A stretch of DNA of 64,000 nucleotides from Octopus vulgaris. Its lineage: Eukaryota. Location of the stretch: positions 34,782,001 to 34,846,000 of the forward strand of contig OX597828.1 in the NCBI GenBank assembly GCA_951406725.2, written 5' to 3'. Position numbers and translations under genes: made by a program. How positions within the stretch are numbered: position 1 is the stretch's first letter; every line of letters starts with the position of its first letter. Positions 39,888 to 54,885 of this stretch are shown here, one piece after another. Below the pieces are notes generated by a model. The model made no database searches. It had not been told where the DNA came from and worked only from the letters and a program-made list of their open reading frames with translations.

Positions 39888-41789
39888 GGACGGGCTTCTT
39901 TAAGTTTCCGGCTATCAAATTCACTCAAAAGGCATTGGTTGACCCGGGATTATAATAGAAGATACTTGCCCAAGGTGCCACACAGTGGGGCTACACTCGA
40001 AATTACATGATAGCAAGGGATGTTTCTTAACCATATAGCAGTGCCTGTGCCTTTATATATATATATATATATATATATACATAAACTTAGATAAAACTTA
40101 GATGTGTTTCGACCAAAGATTGGTCCAAGCCCATCTAAATCATTTTAAAGTCATGTTTTATGGTATCATGGTCCATTCAAGTAGTGAGTTCTTGTTGAGT
40201 GAGTTGTATCCAGGTATGGGTGGCTTATCTGGTATTCCTTGAAGAGATTTGTCCAGACTCCGTTTAACCTATGTCCCTGGCAAAAGAGCCCGATAGAATA
40301 AGTTGGCTTAAAAAACAAGTTTTGGGGTCGATTCGTTCGACTAAAAATCTCTTGAAAGCAGTGGTCCGCCATAGCCGTAGCCAAATAACTGATAGAACCT
40401 CGCTTCCCAATTACGTGATTCCTGGTTCAGTTCCACGACCGACCAAAGCTTTGTGAGAGGATTTGGTAGACGGAAACTGAAAGAAGCCTGTCGTATATAT
40501 ATATATACGTATGTATGTATATATTTGTGTTTATGTCTGTGTTTGTACCTCTACCATAGCTTGAGAAACGTCCCCGTAACTTAGTGGTTCAGCAAAAGAA
40601 ACCGATTGAATATCTAGCAGACTTACAAAGAATAAGTCCAGGGGTTGATTTCTTATATATATATATATATATATATATACATACTTATATGGTGGGGCGC
40701 AGTGTTATACGACAGCATGGTTTTTCAATTATTAAAAGGGACCAACCAATTGCCATCTAATTTAGGAGAAACACCCAATTAAAATGTTTGATAGCGATTC
40801 TACTTGTCTGGAGTTGCGGCGCGTTGGAGTGGCGTGTATCCTAGCTCCTCGAAGCCCCCCACCCACCTCTCTTGGCTCAGGTAGCAACGGGAGGTGGATG
40901 ATAAATATAACGATACAATCACGCACACACACACCTTCATATATGTGTGTGAGTATGAGAGAGAGAAGGTGGAGAAAGAAAGCATATGATTGGAGATGAT
41001 CGCCTTGATGTGATCTTAAATAGGTGAATAAGAGCAATTTCTCACATTCGCACACCATGGGGTATAATCGTTATTTTAATATCATGGAAGGGGTTCTTTT
41101 GTGAGAAGGAACCTTACATTGCTTGGAAGGAGTGGAGCGCATTGCCAAATTTGGAGCCTCCAAATTCCCTTCTACATCGTTACACACAACTTTCCTTTCA
41201 GAGAAAATTTACCAATCCCTTTACATTCATAACCGTGTATATAAGCATCTGGCTGTTAGCTTTCGTATATATGTACATGTCTGTCTATCCATATATCTGT
41301 ATCACTGTAGGCATTCCTGTTCTATCGCCTCTCCTTATTCTTTCTGTCTGTCTATGTCTGTCTCTCTGTAGGTGTAATAGACAGCGTGTCCCTAAATTAC
41401 CTTTAGAATATGAAAAAATATTAAATGGCTTTGGTTGACCCGAGGCTACAGTAAAAGACACTTACCCAAAGTATCAAGCAGTGTGACTGAACCTGGAATC
41501 ATGTGTTTGGCAAGCAAACTTCTTACCACACAGCCATCCCAGCGTGTCTAGTCCACCGTTGATGTCATTGTATAAGACGCGCTTTTTGTATACTGAAGTG
41601 TAACAAATAATTGACATGTATCTAATGCGACCATATCATTGATGAGATACCATGTGTAGGATGAAACATTAAAATTATTTTTCCACAAAAAAAAAAAAAA
41701 TAATAATAACCGAAACTGCAAATCCAATCTGCAACTCGACTGACGAAATAAAACTTCGAATGACCCGTCCTTGCTTTTTGTTGTCTTTG

Positions 41790-42021
41790 CGTTCTTGTCC
41801 CTTTTATTTGTTTCAGTCATTTAACTGCGGCCACCCTGGAACAATGCCTTAAAGGAATTTTTTAGTCGAAGAAATCAACCCCAGGATTTATTCTTTATAA
41901 GCTTAGTACTTATTCTATCGGTCTGTTTTGTCGAATTGCTAGATTGCAAGGACGTAAACACAACATCAGTTGTCTAGTGATGGTGTGGGGACAAACACAA
42001 AGACACACACACATAAATCTA

Positions 42022-42061
<40 letters not shown>

Positions 42062-42215
42062 GACGAGCTTCTTTTCAGTTTCCGTTTACCAAATCCACTC
42101 GAAAGGCTTTGGTTGGCCCGAGGCTAGAGTAGAAGACACTTGCCCAAAGTTCAACGCAGTGGGACTGAACCAGGTACCATGTAGTTGGGAAGCAAGCTTC
42201 TTACCACACAGCCTC
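41790..42215 (-). mobile_element. SINE family A
   Basis: Reverse complement of the family A head, internal (TA)n and 3' half. Confidence 0.75.
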
Positions 42216-42261
42216 ACCAGCTCCTACATATATATTTTTATTAATATTTGATAGGAACAAG

Positions 42262-42329
42262 AGAGTGACTCAAGGTCCGAGAGTTTCATGAGTTTGCATG
42301 CATGAAACTCTCAGACTTTGAGTCACTCT
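42262..42329. repeat. 29-bp inverted repeat with a 10-nt loop (hairpin)
   Basis: AGAGTGACTCAAGGTCCGAGAGTTTCATG / CATGAAACTCTCAGACTTTGAGTCACTCT, 27 of 29 positions complementary. Confidence 0.85.
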
Positions 42330-42359
42330 GTTGCTTCTGCTATATAAATAAATAAATAA

Positions 42360-42414
<55 letters not shown>

Positions 42415-42441
42415 ATGTATGAATGTAGAGAGAGAGAGAAT

Positions 42442-42496
<55 letters not shown>

Positions 42497-42993
42497 GGAT
42501 AGATAGATTAATGTTTGTGTTTTGATACTCTGTTTCTTCTCAAGAGGAAGCATTTAATGGATATCTCCCGTTCTTCGCAGTTTCTTCGCAAAGTTTCCCC
42601 CCTCCCTCCCTCCCTCCCTCCACGCACACATTGTTTTTGTCTACGTTTCTTGTGTCTTCAAGTGATGCACCGACCACGAAAATTCTCTCGCTGTAACCAA
42701 AAGAGCAACAACGAATGGTTTAAATGTTGATTTTGAATTTAGGGAGAATCTAGAATATGATCTCTCTGTCTCTCTCTCCCCACCTCCCACCCCCCGCTCC
42801 ACCCTATTTCTCTCTCTCTCTCTCTCTTTGTTTCTCCGTCTTCCTTAGAATAACATAATAACATTAACAACACCAGCTTGCTACAACTAAAATAGAAATA
42901 AACATACCCACGTGCCAACTAACATGTGGTGTGTGTGTGTGTGCATGTATGTGTGTGTGCATGTATGTGTGTGTATATGTAGGTATATATATG

Positions 42994-43032
<39 letters not shown>

Positions 43033-43163
43033 ATATGTATCTATATATATATATATATATGTATACATATATGTATATATGTATATATATGTATATGTAT
43101 ATATATATGTATATATATGTATATATATATATATATATATAGATATATATATATATGTGTGTG

Positions 43164-43228
<65 letters not shown>

Positions 43229-43399
43229 GTTACAAGCCTCCCCAAAGTATATCATTACATGTTGTATGATGATTTGAGATTCAATGGAGGCGGAGTTGGA
43301 ATTGAAACTCACGCCCAAGAGTCTTATAACCGTTATCTTACTTTCAGATCCTTCCCTATTTTCTATTCGTATGTCCGTTGTTTAAGAGACAAGGTATAA

Positions 43400-43795
43400 G
43401 GCGGCGAGCTGGCAGAAACGTTAGCGCGCCGGGCGAAATGCTTAGCGGTATTTCGTCTGCCGTTACGTTGTGAGTTCAAATTCCGCCGAGGTCGACTTTG
43501 CCTTTTCATCCTTTCGGGGTCGATAAATTAAGCACCAGTTACGCACTGGGGTCGATGTAATCGCACTGTCTGGTTTGTCCCCTCTGTGTTTATTGTGGGT
43601 AATAAAGAAATAGGTATTTCGTCTGCGTTACGTTAGTTCAAATTCCGCCGAGGTCGACTTTGCCTTTCATCCTTTCGGGGTCGATAAATTAAGTACCAGT
43701 TACGCACTGGGGTCGATGTAATCGACTTAATACCTATGTCTGTCCTTGTTTGTCCCCTCTGTGTTAGCCCCTTGTGGGTAATAAAGAAATAGGTA
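43400..43795 (+). mobile_element. SINE family B (dimeric)
   Basis: Homologous to 24488-24900. Confidence 0.85.
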
Positions 43796-44151
43796 TAAAA
43801 AACGGGGAAGATTCACAGTTAACAAGGAATAAAATTCAAAGTTTATAAGGAATAAAATAGAAGAATAAAGAGTAAAAGTAGTTAGAAGAATATAGGCAGG
43901 AGAATAATGTTCACAATTCATCTTTTCCAGGGGATATGGTCGGTACTTCCATGAAGGTAGAAGTCTTTAGTTAAAATCCCTGGTAAAACCAGGCACTGTT
44001 TTAACAGTAGTCTGAATGATGTAGAAACCTATCGTCTACCAAATCCACTCACAAGGCTTTGGGTCGGCCCAGGGTTATAGTAGAAGACGGAACCATGTGG
44101 TTGGTAAGCAAGCTACTTACTGCACAACAGCTCTTGCGCCTATCTATCTAA

Positions 44152-44218
<67 letters not shown>

Positions 44219-46149
44219 GATGTAGGGTTTTTTAAATCAAAGCTGGACCTCTTCCTGTTGAGAGTCCCAGATGAACCTACCTTACGGCAAGAGGTGCAAA
44301 TGAGGGTAGCTCTATCAAACTCCATGCTTCACCAAGTGCCACATATTAGAGGAGGCTCTTAGTAATAACTGTTTAGCAAAACGGCGGGGCATCAGCATGG
44401 CCACAACTTTGAGCTGAAACTAGAGAAAAAAAAAATATATATATATATATGTACAAGATGAGTTTCTGTCTATTAAATTCACTCACAAGACATTAGTAGG
44501 CCCAGGGTTTTAGAGGAAGACACTTGCCGAAGGTACTGTGCAGTGAGACCGAACGTGAAAGCATATGATTACAACACGAGCATCTTAATCACTACAGCTA
44601 TGCCTCCGCTCATTGTTGTTTTTTTTAATTCTTTTTTATAGATTAGTACAAGTTCTTGAATTCTTGCCAAAAGACTTGCAATTTCTAAAATATTGCAAAA
44701 ATATCAAAAACGAAGAGCCAAAATAATTACCAAGTGATTCGTCAACGCACAGCATGTACCCTAGCCACAACTGCTGTTTTCCCTCCTTTTTGTTTTTTGT
44801 TTTTTGTTTTTGTTTTTTCCTTATTCTTTTAGCCTCATTCAGTCTCTCTTTATCTTGTTCTGCAAGTTTGCCCGCCATTTCTCCGTCACTCTCTCGATCT
44901 TTGTCTAATGTTTTTTCTCTCATCTTCACATCAACAGGAAACCTACTAGTGTACTCTCAACCTTTTCCAATTCAGATATTTATAAAGTTTACGACATTTT
45001 TTTATTCTATTTTATTTCATTTCTTTTGGGTCGTACATTAATGACAGGAAGCTTCATCAAGAAATTTCTGCAACTCTAAGGTCAAAGTTAGGGAGGGTTC
45101 ATGACCTGCTTTAGGTCAACCCCTCCGTCTGGAATTGTTGTCCAAATTAGATTAACCCTCTACTTCAAATAGAATTCAAAAAGCATTCAGTTTTCTCTAA
45201 TGACAGGAAGAGACGGCTAATTATCATTTCATTCACATGCCTGATCGGTTAAAGATGAAGGTGCGGGATGCTGTCTTTAGCTTAATTTAATAGAGATGAA
45301 GTATTATTTATGACGCGTGTGACGGCGGGCTAGCTGTCAGGAACAGTAGAGCGGTGGAATAAACGCCTTACAGCAATTAGTTTTGTCTTTCTGAAACAGC
45401 ATCCTCATATCTCACCAAACTTGGCTTTGCTTTTTTTTTTTTCATCGATTCGGATATATGAAATACATATCATTAATATACGTGGATCTTTTATATCGAC
45501 TCCAGAAAAATTTCTGACATCGTCACAAGATGCAGTGGAGGAAAGGGACTTGTAAACAGCTTACACGTATAAGTACTCCCTGTTGGAAGCCAGTAGGTTT
45601 CAGGGGTTATCAGGTGAAAATACTCACCATTTCGAGTCTTTTCTCTCGACGGCTTTACAGCGCACTCACTCCACTCCCTCCACTCCCTGATGTGAAACCC
45701 TGCCTACGGGATCGATCTTAGGCCTTCCAGCTTAAGATCAACACCATTCAAATTGTGTAGTTATGCAGTTCCGACTTGTCATATAGGCAAACAGCTACCG
45801 ACTTAATTCACATACTTCTCTTCTCTAATCAGTTTCCATCATTCTTTTTCAGCCATATCTAATGGCTGACTCTCTTAACTGTTGACTGGAAGATCTGAAG
45901 CATGTGGGGAAGAAATGCAACCTATTTAAACGATCGTAATACATGACTGGCGCTTATTTTATTGCATCGTAGGATTGAAAGATAAACTTCATCGTAATTT
46001 GTTTTTATTGCGTATAATCATAAACGCTTCATTAATTGCTGCAATTCAAAGAGGCGTTCAGTTGACCAATCACTGATTCGCTGCAATTATTTAAGACATT
46101 AAATATCCATTAGAAACAAGTGAACTTCAAAACTTGTTACATTCAATAA

Positions 46150-46265
46150 CCAAATGTCTTCTACTACAGCCTCGAGCAGACCAAAGCCTTATGGATGGAT
46201 TTGGTTGAGGGAAACTAAAAGAAGCCCGTCGTATATACATATGTGTGTGCGTGTGTGTGGTGTGT

Positions 46266-46316
<51 letters not shown>

Positions 46317-46530
46317 ATGTGCGTGTGTTTCTGGGTATGTTTGTCCCGCACCACCGCTTGATAGCCGTTGTTGGTTTGTTTACATCCTCGTAACTTAGCG
46401 GTTCGGCAAGAGACCCCCGACAGAACAAGTACCAGGTTTACAATACGAGTTTTGGGGTCGATTTGTTCGACTAAAGCATTCAAAGCTATGCCCCCAACTT
46501 GGCCGCATTCCAATGACTGAAACAAGTAAA
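46150..46530 (+). mobile_element. SINE family A, 5' truncated
   Basis: TGTCTTCTACTACAGCCTCG...GAAACTAAAAGAAGCCCGTCG...(TG)n...GACTGAAACAAGTAAAA. Confidence 0.75.
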
Positions 46531-47250
46531 ACACACACACACACGCACACATTCTAGAGAAGGCCCCAGTCTCCCAGTATGGAAGAACCATTTCTCATTT
46601 CTGGATAACTGCTTTAATCTGTCACTTCTAAGAGTCTAGTAAAAATCGTAGCATTTATTGACCTCCACCTAGACTCAAATATCTCGACTGATCTCGCAAA
46701 ATCTATCGGTAAAAACTCGTAGAAACAAAAAAAATTTAAATATATAAAATATGAGTTGTGACATATAGGGAAATTTCCAATCAATAAATCAATCGGATTT
46801 TTTCAATAATACGCTAAAACATTTACTAAAAGATTTATCAGATTTTGAGATATTCAATGAGGCATTGTGGTTCCATTTTACTTTTTTTTTTTATTATTTT
46901 CTCTATGATTTATAATCTTCAGTTTCAGCAGAGAAATATCTTCTTGATTTTTTGTTTTTTTGTTATTTTTTCATTCTTTGTTTTTAGTTCTCTTTCTATG
47001 AATGATTTAATAAAAATACATTGGCAACTAAAAGCGAGGTGATTGTAAATATCAACGCTTCTGTTCAAATAGGAGATTAATGGTGACAGACAGACGGAAT
47101 ACACATATACACACAAGCATACATACATGTATACATGCGTATAAATTTATATGTACACACACACACATATACATATATATATATAATACTTATAGATACA
47201 CACATACACACACATAGATACATATATATATATATATATGTATCTTTCTT

Positions 47251-47346
<96 letters not shown>

Positions 47347-47456
47347 TATATATATAATGAAATAATTTTATTCTCAAATGCAGGATAATGCGAGTAATAT
47401 AGCATGAATAGGATAAACTACCTATAATTAGCATACATACATACATGTGTATATGT

Positions 47457-47507
<51 letters not shown>

Positions 47508-48427
47508 CATACATATATATACATATGTGTGTGTGAGTGTACATATATATATATATATATATCATAATGTTTATATATATATGTTAGCAGCAGGTTTTGT
47601 TCGATTAGAAATCATTAACTTGTGTGTATCTCTGTGACACTTTAGCTATTTGAATGAAGACACTACTACTACTACTACTACTACTACTACAACATGGGTC
47701 ACACACACACACACACATATATTTATAGGTATTCTCAGGGAAAGAGAAAAGGTACTTGCAAATGATAAAAAAAAAAGCAAGAACAGAAAAGGAACAAAAC
47801 TCAAAGTTTCGAGGGCAAAACTTTGTTGTTTTGGAGGGGTTTACTTTTGGGTTTTTTTTTGCTTTTTTATATTACAAATGTATTTAGAACTTCTAAGCTG
47901 TTTTCTCCTGGAGAACTGAAAGATGACATCGATACCATTCTGCTGTTCTGTGCATGAAAGACCATGTCGTTTGCAAGTAAACTTTATACGTAAACTCTGG
48001 TTCTGGAACGAAAGTTAGCGAATGGAATCCGCTGATCTGTAAGAGTATTTTGACCTTCTTGCCGTTAGTCGCCGTGTACACGTCTTTCTCTGCTACCTGG
48101 AATCCATACATACAACATACATACATACATACATACATATATGTGTGTGTGTGTGTGTTCGCGTGTGTTTGTGTGTATATATCAAAATTATAGTTTTGGA
48201 AGAATATAATTAACGGTGACTTCGTAGTGTCGGCCTCTTTAATTGTAACCGGATTCGAAGGCTATGCATCGAAGTTACTGTCAACTCTATTCTGAAGAAT
48301 AATAATTATGTACTCTATCGAATGTATTGAGTTATCATTTAGTGTCATGTAAAATTGCTTTCTTGCCGTTTATAAGGTCAGTATATGATATATCAGAAAC
48401 AAGCACAGTCTAAACGTTAATGCAGTA

Positions 48428-48512
<85 letters not shown>

Positions 48513-48557
48513 GACAGAGAGACAGAGAGACAGAGAGACAGAGACAGAGACAGACAC

Positions 48558-48588
<31 letters not shown>

Positions 48589-48918
48589 GACAGAGAGAGA
48601 CACAGAGAGAGAGAGAGTTATTGTTTGTTTGTGTGTGTTAATTTGTTCTTTTACCTGCCGGGGTACCGTCTTGAGGGGTCGAATCGAACAAACTCACCAT
48701 ACTACTGTTATTTGTGCTGTCTCTTGACGAACAGCGAGTTGATAGAGCTGTAAACAAGCTAGAAACAGCTGTCGTACAGGATAAGAGGCTGTGAATGTTC
48801 AATAGAAGTACTAAAAGCACGCAGGCACACACATACATACATACATACATACATACATACATACATACATACATACATACATACATACATACATACATAC
48901 ATACATACATACATACAC

Positions 48919-49224
48919 GACCAGCTTTTATATCCAGATTACAAATTTACGTGTATACCAATAACAATCGGAGCACTTGGTTAAATAAATGTCTAACTGT
49001 TAGTCTGGATAAGCTTGGATTTTCAGAAAAAGAAATCAACCAAATGATTCGCATTTTAGAAATGCAACCTGTAAGCGGAACACTAAAGCTTTGCAAGACA
49101 TTTCTCGGGTTTAGAATGTGACCTTGTTTTCCTTATCTACATTCTAACAATGGAGCATTGTATCTTTGTTAGAAACCAGATCCTTCTTCGGAGGAAGAAT
49201 GTAAATGATTAAAAGCAGAAGAGA
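48919..49224 (+). mobile_element. RLE-type LINE 3' end flanked by (CATA)n (duplicate at 60681-60987)
   Basis: QLLYPDYKFTCIPITIGALG...LDKLGFSEKEINQMIRILEMQPVSGTLKLCKTFLGF, then a short 3' UTR and CATACATACA. Confidence 0.8.
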
Positions 49225-49462
49225 CATACATACAGGTGCGCACGCATGGTCTATAATCCGCTCTCAACGCATTGGTCGTCGGTTCGAAGTTATATTAGAA
49301 ACACTTGCCCAAGTTGCCGTGCAGTGGGACTGAACCGGGGATCATGTGATTGCAAAGCGAATTTCTTTACCACACAACCTATATATGTATTTATCTTTTT
49401 AAAAAGAATTAATTTCATTTTTTCTTTTTTTCATTCTATCTAGTTTCAGCTCACGAGCTGTG

Positions 49463-49523
<61 letters not shown>

Positions 49524-50005
49524 GTGTGTGTGTGTGTATGTATGTGTGTGTATGTATGTATGTATGTATGTATGTATGTATGTATGTATGTATGTATGTA
49601 TGAAAATAAAAGAAATACATTTTAGGTCATCCAGTGTTAATTAAACGGTATTCATTTGGATCGTTTCAATTGATTGTGACGAGCTAAATGCAAATTAGAA
49701 GTAGCATATAAAATGCTTAGCAAAACGAAAAGAACCAGAATATACAACGTTAGCAAGAAATCGTTGATAGATTTTAAGAAGATCGCAAAAAGAAAAAAAA
49801 ATTATACATCTGTGTTAATCTTGGCTTTCAAAACATTTTAATTCGAGAATTTAATGAAAACTACAATACGTTGTTTTTTATTCCTCTTCTTCATTCGGAT
49901 TTTTCAATTATTTTTTTTTATATATATCTCTAACTGAGATTTTTTTCATTGATTATCGACCTATTTGATAATGTGGTTGTGCATCAGGTTTAATTTTCTG
50001 TGTAT

Positions 50006-50087
<82 letters not shown>

Positions 50088-50099
50088 CATCTATCTATC

Positions 50100-50231
<132 letters not shown>

Positions 50232-50310
50232 CTTCTATCTATCTATCTTTCCTTCGATATTTCTTTCTATCTTTCTTTCTATTTATCTATCTTTCTATCT
50301 ATCTATCTAC

Positions 50311-50361
<51 letters not shown>

Positions 50362-50884
50362 ACTATCTATCTATCCATCTATTTATCTATTTGTCTGTTT
50401 GTTTATATCTATGTATTTAATGTATACATACGCATATACATATATAATGATGTGTGTGTGTGTGTCTATAAAGGTCTACATATATGTATGTATGTATTTA
50501 TATATAGATATCTTAAAGCTGCTCACAATGTTTTTCATTTCTAAGGAGAAATAGTTACATATGCGATATTTCTATGTTTACTATGTAGGTTTATACACAC
50601 ACAGACGGACACCCCCCACACACACACACACACATATGCACAGAGGTTTTACTAGGAGAACGTCTGATACAAGTGAATGGTGTAGCATCATCATCCAGGT
50701 TTCTCCTACTAGAATTGTATGGTTGTTTTTGTTATGTCATTAGTATTACCCGTTATGATACACAGATTAAATAGAGCGAACAATAGCGAAACAGGCGTAG
50801 GGAACAATTTGTATAAAGTGCATTTTCTATTTATCATACTTTTCTCATATACACACACAGAGAGACACACAGACACACACACGT

Positions 50885-50915
<31 letters not shown>

Positions 50916-51094
50916 TGCTCCCAAACTGAACAATATTATGGAGAAGGCGTCAAAAGTGTTATGTTTGGTCGATAACTGATGAGGGGTGATTTTGTTCCCG
51001 TCCAGTGTGTGCTATTTTGCTCTCCTGTGCTGCATTTTACTAAATACATACATACATACATACATACATACATACATACATACATACATACATA

Positions 51095-51343
51095 AATAGG
51101 TTTTGTTAGTAAATGCTCATAGGGAAATCTGGCTAAACTGAGAGTTTCAGAAAGAGAAATCGACCGGCTAATTCGTAGGTTCAATCTGTGAGTGGAACAA
51201 TAAAAGCATACAAGCCTTTTCTCAAGTTCCAAATGTGACTTCGTCTGTGTTAACAACATCCCAAAGATGGAGCCCTGTATCTTTGTTGGAAACAGGCGCC
51301 CTCCTCAGTGAAAGATTTAAAATAATAAAAAAAATAGAAGAAA
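51095..51343 (+). mobile_element. RLE-type LINE 3' end flanked by CATA repeats (duplicate at 62878-63126)
   Basis: Degenerate GNLAKLRVSEREIDRLIRR segment and a 3' UTR matching 5321-5415. Confidence 0.65.
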
Positions 51344-51746
51344 CATACACACATACATATATGATTGTATACGTATGTATATACTTGGATGTATACATGG
51401 ATAAATAACAAAAAAATTAGGTGTATATGCATGCTTAAATACATACAAACTCATATATAATCATATACATACATACATGTGTGAATATATCAATGTCCTC
51501 CCACAAGTGCATAGAAACATACATAAATGCATAAATATCTAAATACATTAATTTGAAAATAAATAAGAGGGAAGACAGCGGGAGGAAAGGGAAATGATAA
51601 TGATTTTTTAATAAGGACAGAAATTATTTACGGGAGAGAAATACATGAGATTCTGTGATTCCTACGCTTCTCTGAGGATTATAGCGTATTGAGACGTAAG
51701 TGGAAGCTAAAATAGCTGCAACAAAGAAAGATGGACTGCCACGAGG

Positions 51747-51791
<45 letters not shown>

Positions 51792-52750
51792 TGTGGGCGT
51801 ATGCATGTGTGTTGACCCATACGTCCATACCCGTCAGCACGGGTTTGCATTCATAATAAAAAAACACACACACACAAGCACACACTCATACACGCACAAG
51901 CACACACTCACTCACTCACTCACACACAAGCACACACACTCACACAACACAAGCACAAGCATATATATTTATGTATGTGTAAGAGTCACATAAGCAACAC
52001 CCACACATTCACAATCCTTTACGAATACAGGGACACAGAAACTGCATTTAATATTTCGGTCTTGCAGAGAAACTATGCTAAGTGTGTAATCCTATTTCAA
52101 TTAGAATAATCAGGTTTTTCTGCCAATAAGAGAAAGGTTGGAGTATTATTTCACTTATTAACTTCTCTGGATTGCCTTTCTTTGCTCGCGTTGTGTGAAT
52201 ATGCCACTAGGGGCGCTATTTCATTACTTTTGACCCCTTTCCAATTATCGTCTGCATCCATTTGGCGTCAGTTTTCGACAATCTGATAGCAGCGGTTGAA
52301 ATATTCTTCATCATCTGCTGCCAACCGTTTTACATATTTATAAATTGATAGCTAATTAGTTCTGTCAGATGCATAGGAAAATTCTAGAAGAATGGGAACG
52401 AAATTTAGATACTTCAGTTCGAGAGTTTGGGGAAATATCAAGACTTCGCATGAGTCGTCATTCAGTAAAGATTCCGAAGAATTGAAAGAGGCTATTAGAA
52501 TATATTGGCATCGCATTTTGAATCTTGCAATAATTTCAGTCTTTAGTTACTGAAGGATAATAAGTTCTTCGGAATAGGAAAAAATGGCGGAGGAAAAAAC
52601 GTGTTTTGTTTTTCTTTCCGGGGGTAGAAATATGTAGTGTTGAATTATGGCTTACAAACGCACACACGTATGCATTCACATGTGGGCATACACACATACA
52701 CACGTGCGCGCGCGTTCACACACACACAGATAATAGATAGATAGACGGAG

Positions 52751-52795
<45 letters not shown>

Positions 52796-52866
52796 CTGAC
52801 TCCAGTACACGAATATATGCGTATTTACGTCTGAAAGAGTATAAATATATGTGTGTGCGTGTATGA

Positions 52867-52961
<95 letters not shown>

Positions 52962-52997
52962 CATAGATATATAATGCATATCGTTGCTATTATGCAA

Positions 52998-53230
52998 AAG
53001 TGCCGTAAGTCCAAACCGTTGCTTTTTAAGAAAGCGAAAACTGTCTTTTGTGGGACTTACTACACTTTTGAAAAGTGCTAAACCGTTGTACTACTACACT
53101 TTGACAATTTATATATGCTACCGTCTGAAGTAGCTGGAATTACGATAGTTTGACCAAAAGAACTGGCTATTGTAAGCAAAAATAAATATTGAAAATAACG
53201 CATTTGGCCAAATTTAGACATACGACAGTT
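52998..53230. mobile_element. Possible degenerate MITE
   Basis: AAGTGCCGTAAGTCCAAA versus the reverse complement of TTTAGACATACGACAGTT, 14 of 18 matching. Confidence 0.35.
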
Positions 53231-53559
53231 TAACATAATAGTAACGATATGTATGTCTGAGGATTATAACTCCCAGTAATACCTTTTCATCGTAAATAAA
53301 TTTAACTATAATATTAAATAGATACAACTAAAAATGAGCATTTTATGTGCATTAAAACAAGGAATATTTGTGAACAGATGAATGAACCGCTCAGTGTATG
53401 TGAAAAGTGCTATATTTATTATAATTTTATGAACAATACTTTCAAGGTTATGTGGCTTATTCAAACATTGTGTATGTATGTAGTATGTTTATATATAGAA
53501 CTTGTTTCTGCGTCTGTTACCGCTATACACTTTGTATGTTACTTTATAAACAAAGGTTT

Positions 53560-54546
53560 TCTACTATAGGCACAAGGTCTGAAATTTTGGAGGGCAGGGG
53601 TTAATCGATACCATCCGTCGCAGCATTTAACCGTTATTTATTTCATCGACTCCGAAAGGGAGAAAAGCAAAGTCGACTTTGGTGGAATTTGAACTCGGAA
53701 CGTAAAGTTGGAGGAAAAACCACTAAGCATTTTGTCCGGCGCTATTACGATTCTGCCAGGTTGCATAAATGCGGCGAGCTGGCAGAAACGCTAGCACGCC
53801 GGGCGAAATGCTTAGCAGTATTTCGCCCGTCGCTACGTTCTGAGTCCGAAATTCCACCAAGGTCAACTTTGCCTTTCATCCTTTCGGGGTCAATAAATTA
53901 AGTACCAGTGAAATTCTGGGGCCGATGTAATTGACTAGTCCCCTCCCCCAAAACTTCGGGCCTTGTGCCTATAATCGAAAAGAGTTCTGTCAGCTCGCCG
54001 CTTTCATTCTGAATAATATGATTACTTTGAAGAAAAAAAAGAAATCGAATGTTATGCTCTGTAATATCGTTCTAGATACGCAAAGATGGATTACAGCAAA
54101 TATTCTGCTCAATACCACAGATTTGCTTGTCAGTTGTTTGATCTTACCCAGTTGAGCATGTCCCTTAGTGGCTGACGATATGCGCATCTCTGATCATGAG
54201 CAGAAGTAGTTGGGGAGCATCATAGCCATGTGTTGAAAGGAATTATTTGGGGTTTGGATAATTTACTTTTGGAAACATGGCTGTGTCGTTCAACATCCTT
54301 AAACAACCCTTATTCAGGCAACTTTTGAGCGGGATGGGTTACTCAACCAGAAGAACACTCTAACTGGGCCCCCACCTGCAAGGTCATGCGCTGTTTATCT
54401 TGATATGAGATCACCATGTCGCGCACATATGGTTGAGATGCATGTGCCTGGTGTACCCTTATTAGAAAGGTAGTCATGATGGGTATACTGGGCTTTGTAT
54501 ATTTTACCACAGTGACAATTTGATGGCGTGCACTGCTCTCTCACTC

Positions 54547-54611
<65 letters not shown>

Positions 54612-54830
54612 GATTTTTGCCACAAGGGCACTTGGGGGAGGTGGGGATAAGTCAATTACATCGACCCCGGTGTTCAACTGGTAATCAATTTATCGACCCT
54701 GAAAGGGTGAAAGGCAAAGTCGACTTCGGCTGAATTTGAACTCAGAACATAGCGACGGGCGAAATACCGTTAAACATTTCGTCCAGCGTATAACGATTTA
54801 GCCAGCTCGCCACCTTATAATAAAAATCAA

Positions 54831-54885
<55 letters not shown>

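Noticed and set aside
44636-44929. Charged 97-aa ORF (MKMREKTLDKDRES...)
   Set aside because: Its composition follows from purine-rich low-complexity sequence. No splice signals or domain.
47915-48096. Minus-strand open frame VAEKDVYTATNGKKVKILLQ...
   Set aside because: No polypyrimidine tract, no convincing donor and no recognisable homology.
48698-48788. Possible minus-strand exon (CAG acceptor, GTGAGT donor)
   Set aside because: The donor overlaps a degenerate SINE 3' segment and the open frames resemble no protein I recognise.
50960-51010. CTGATGA followed by a GGGG...TCCC stem (also at about 62730)
   Set aside because: No GAAA after stem II and no valid UH cleavage site, so it is not callable as a hammerhead.
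52203-52218. GCCACTAGGGGCGCTA, a CTCF-like site
   Set aside because: One G short of the CCASYAGRKGGCRS spacing, and it lies near a possible decayed Tc1-like remnant (ELKEAIRIYW). Both are too weak to call.
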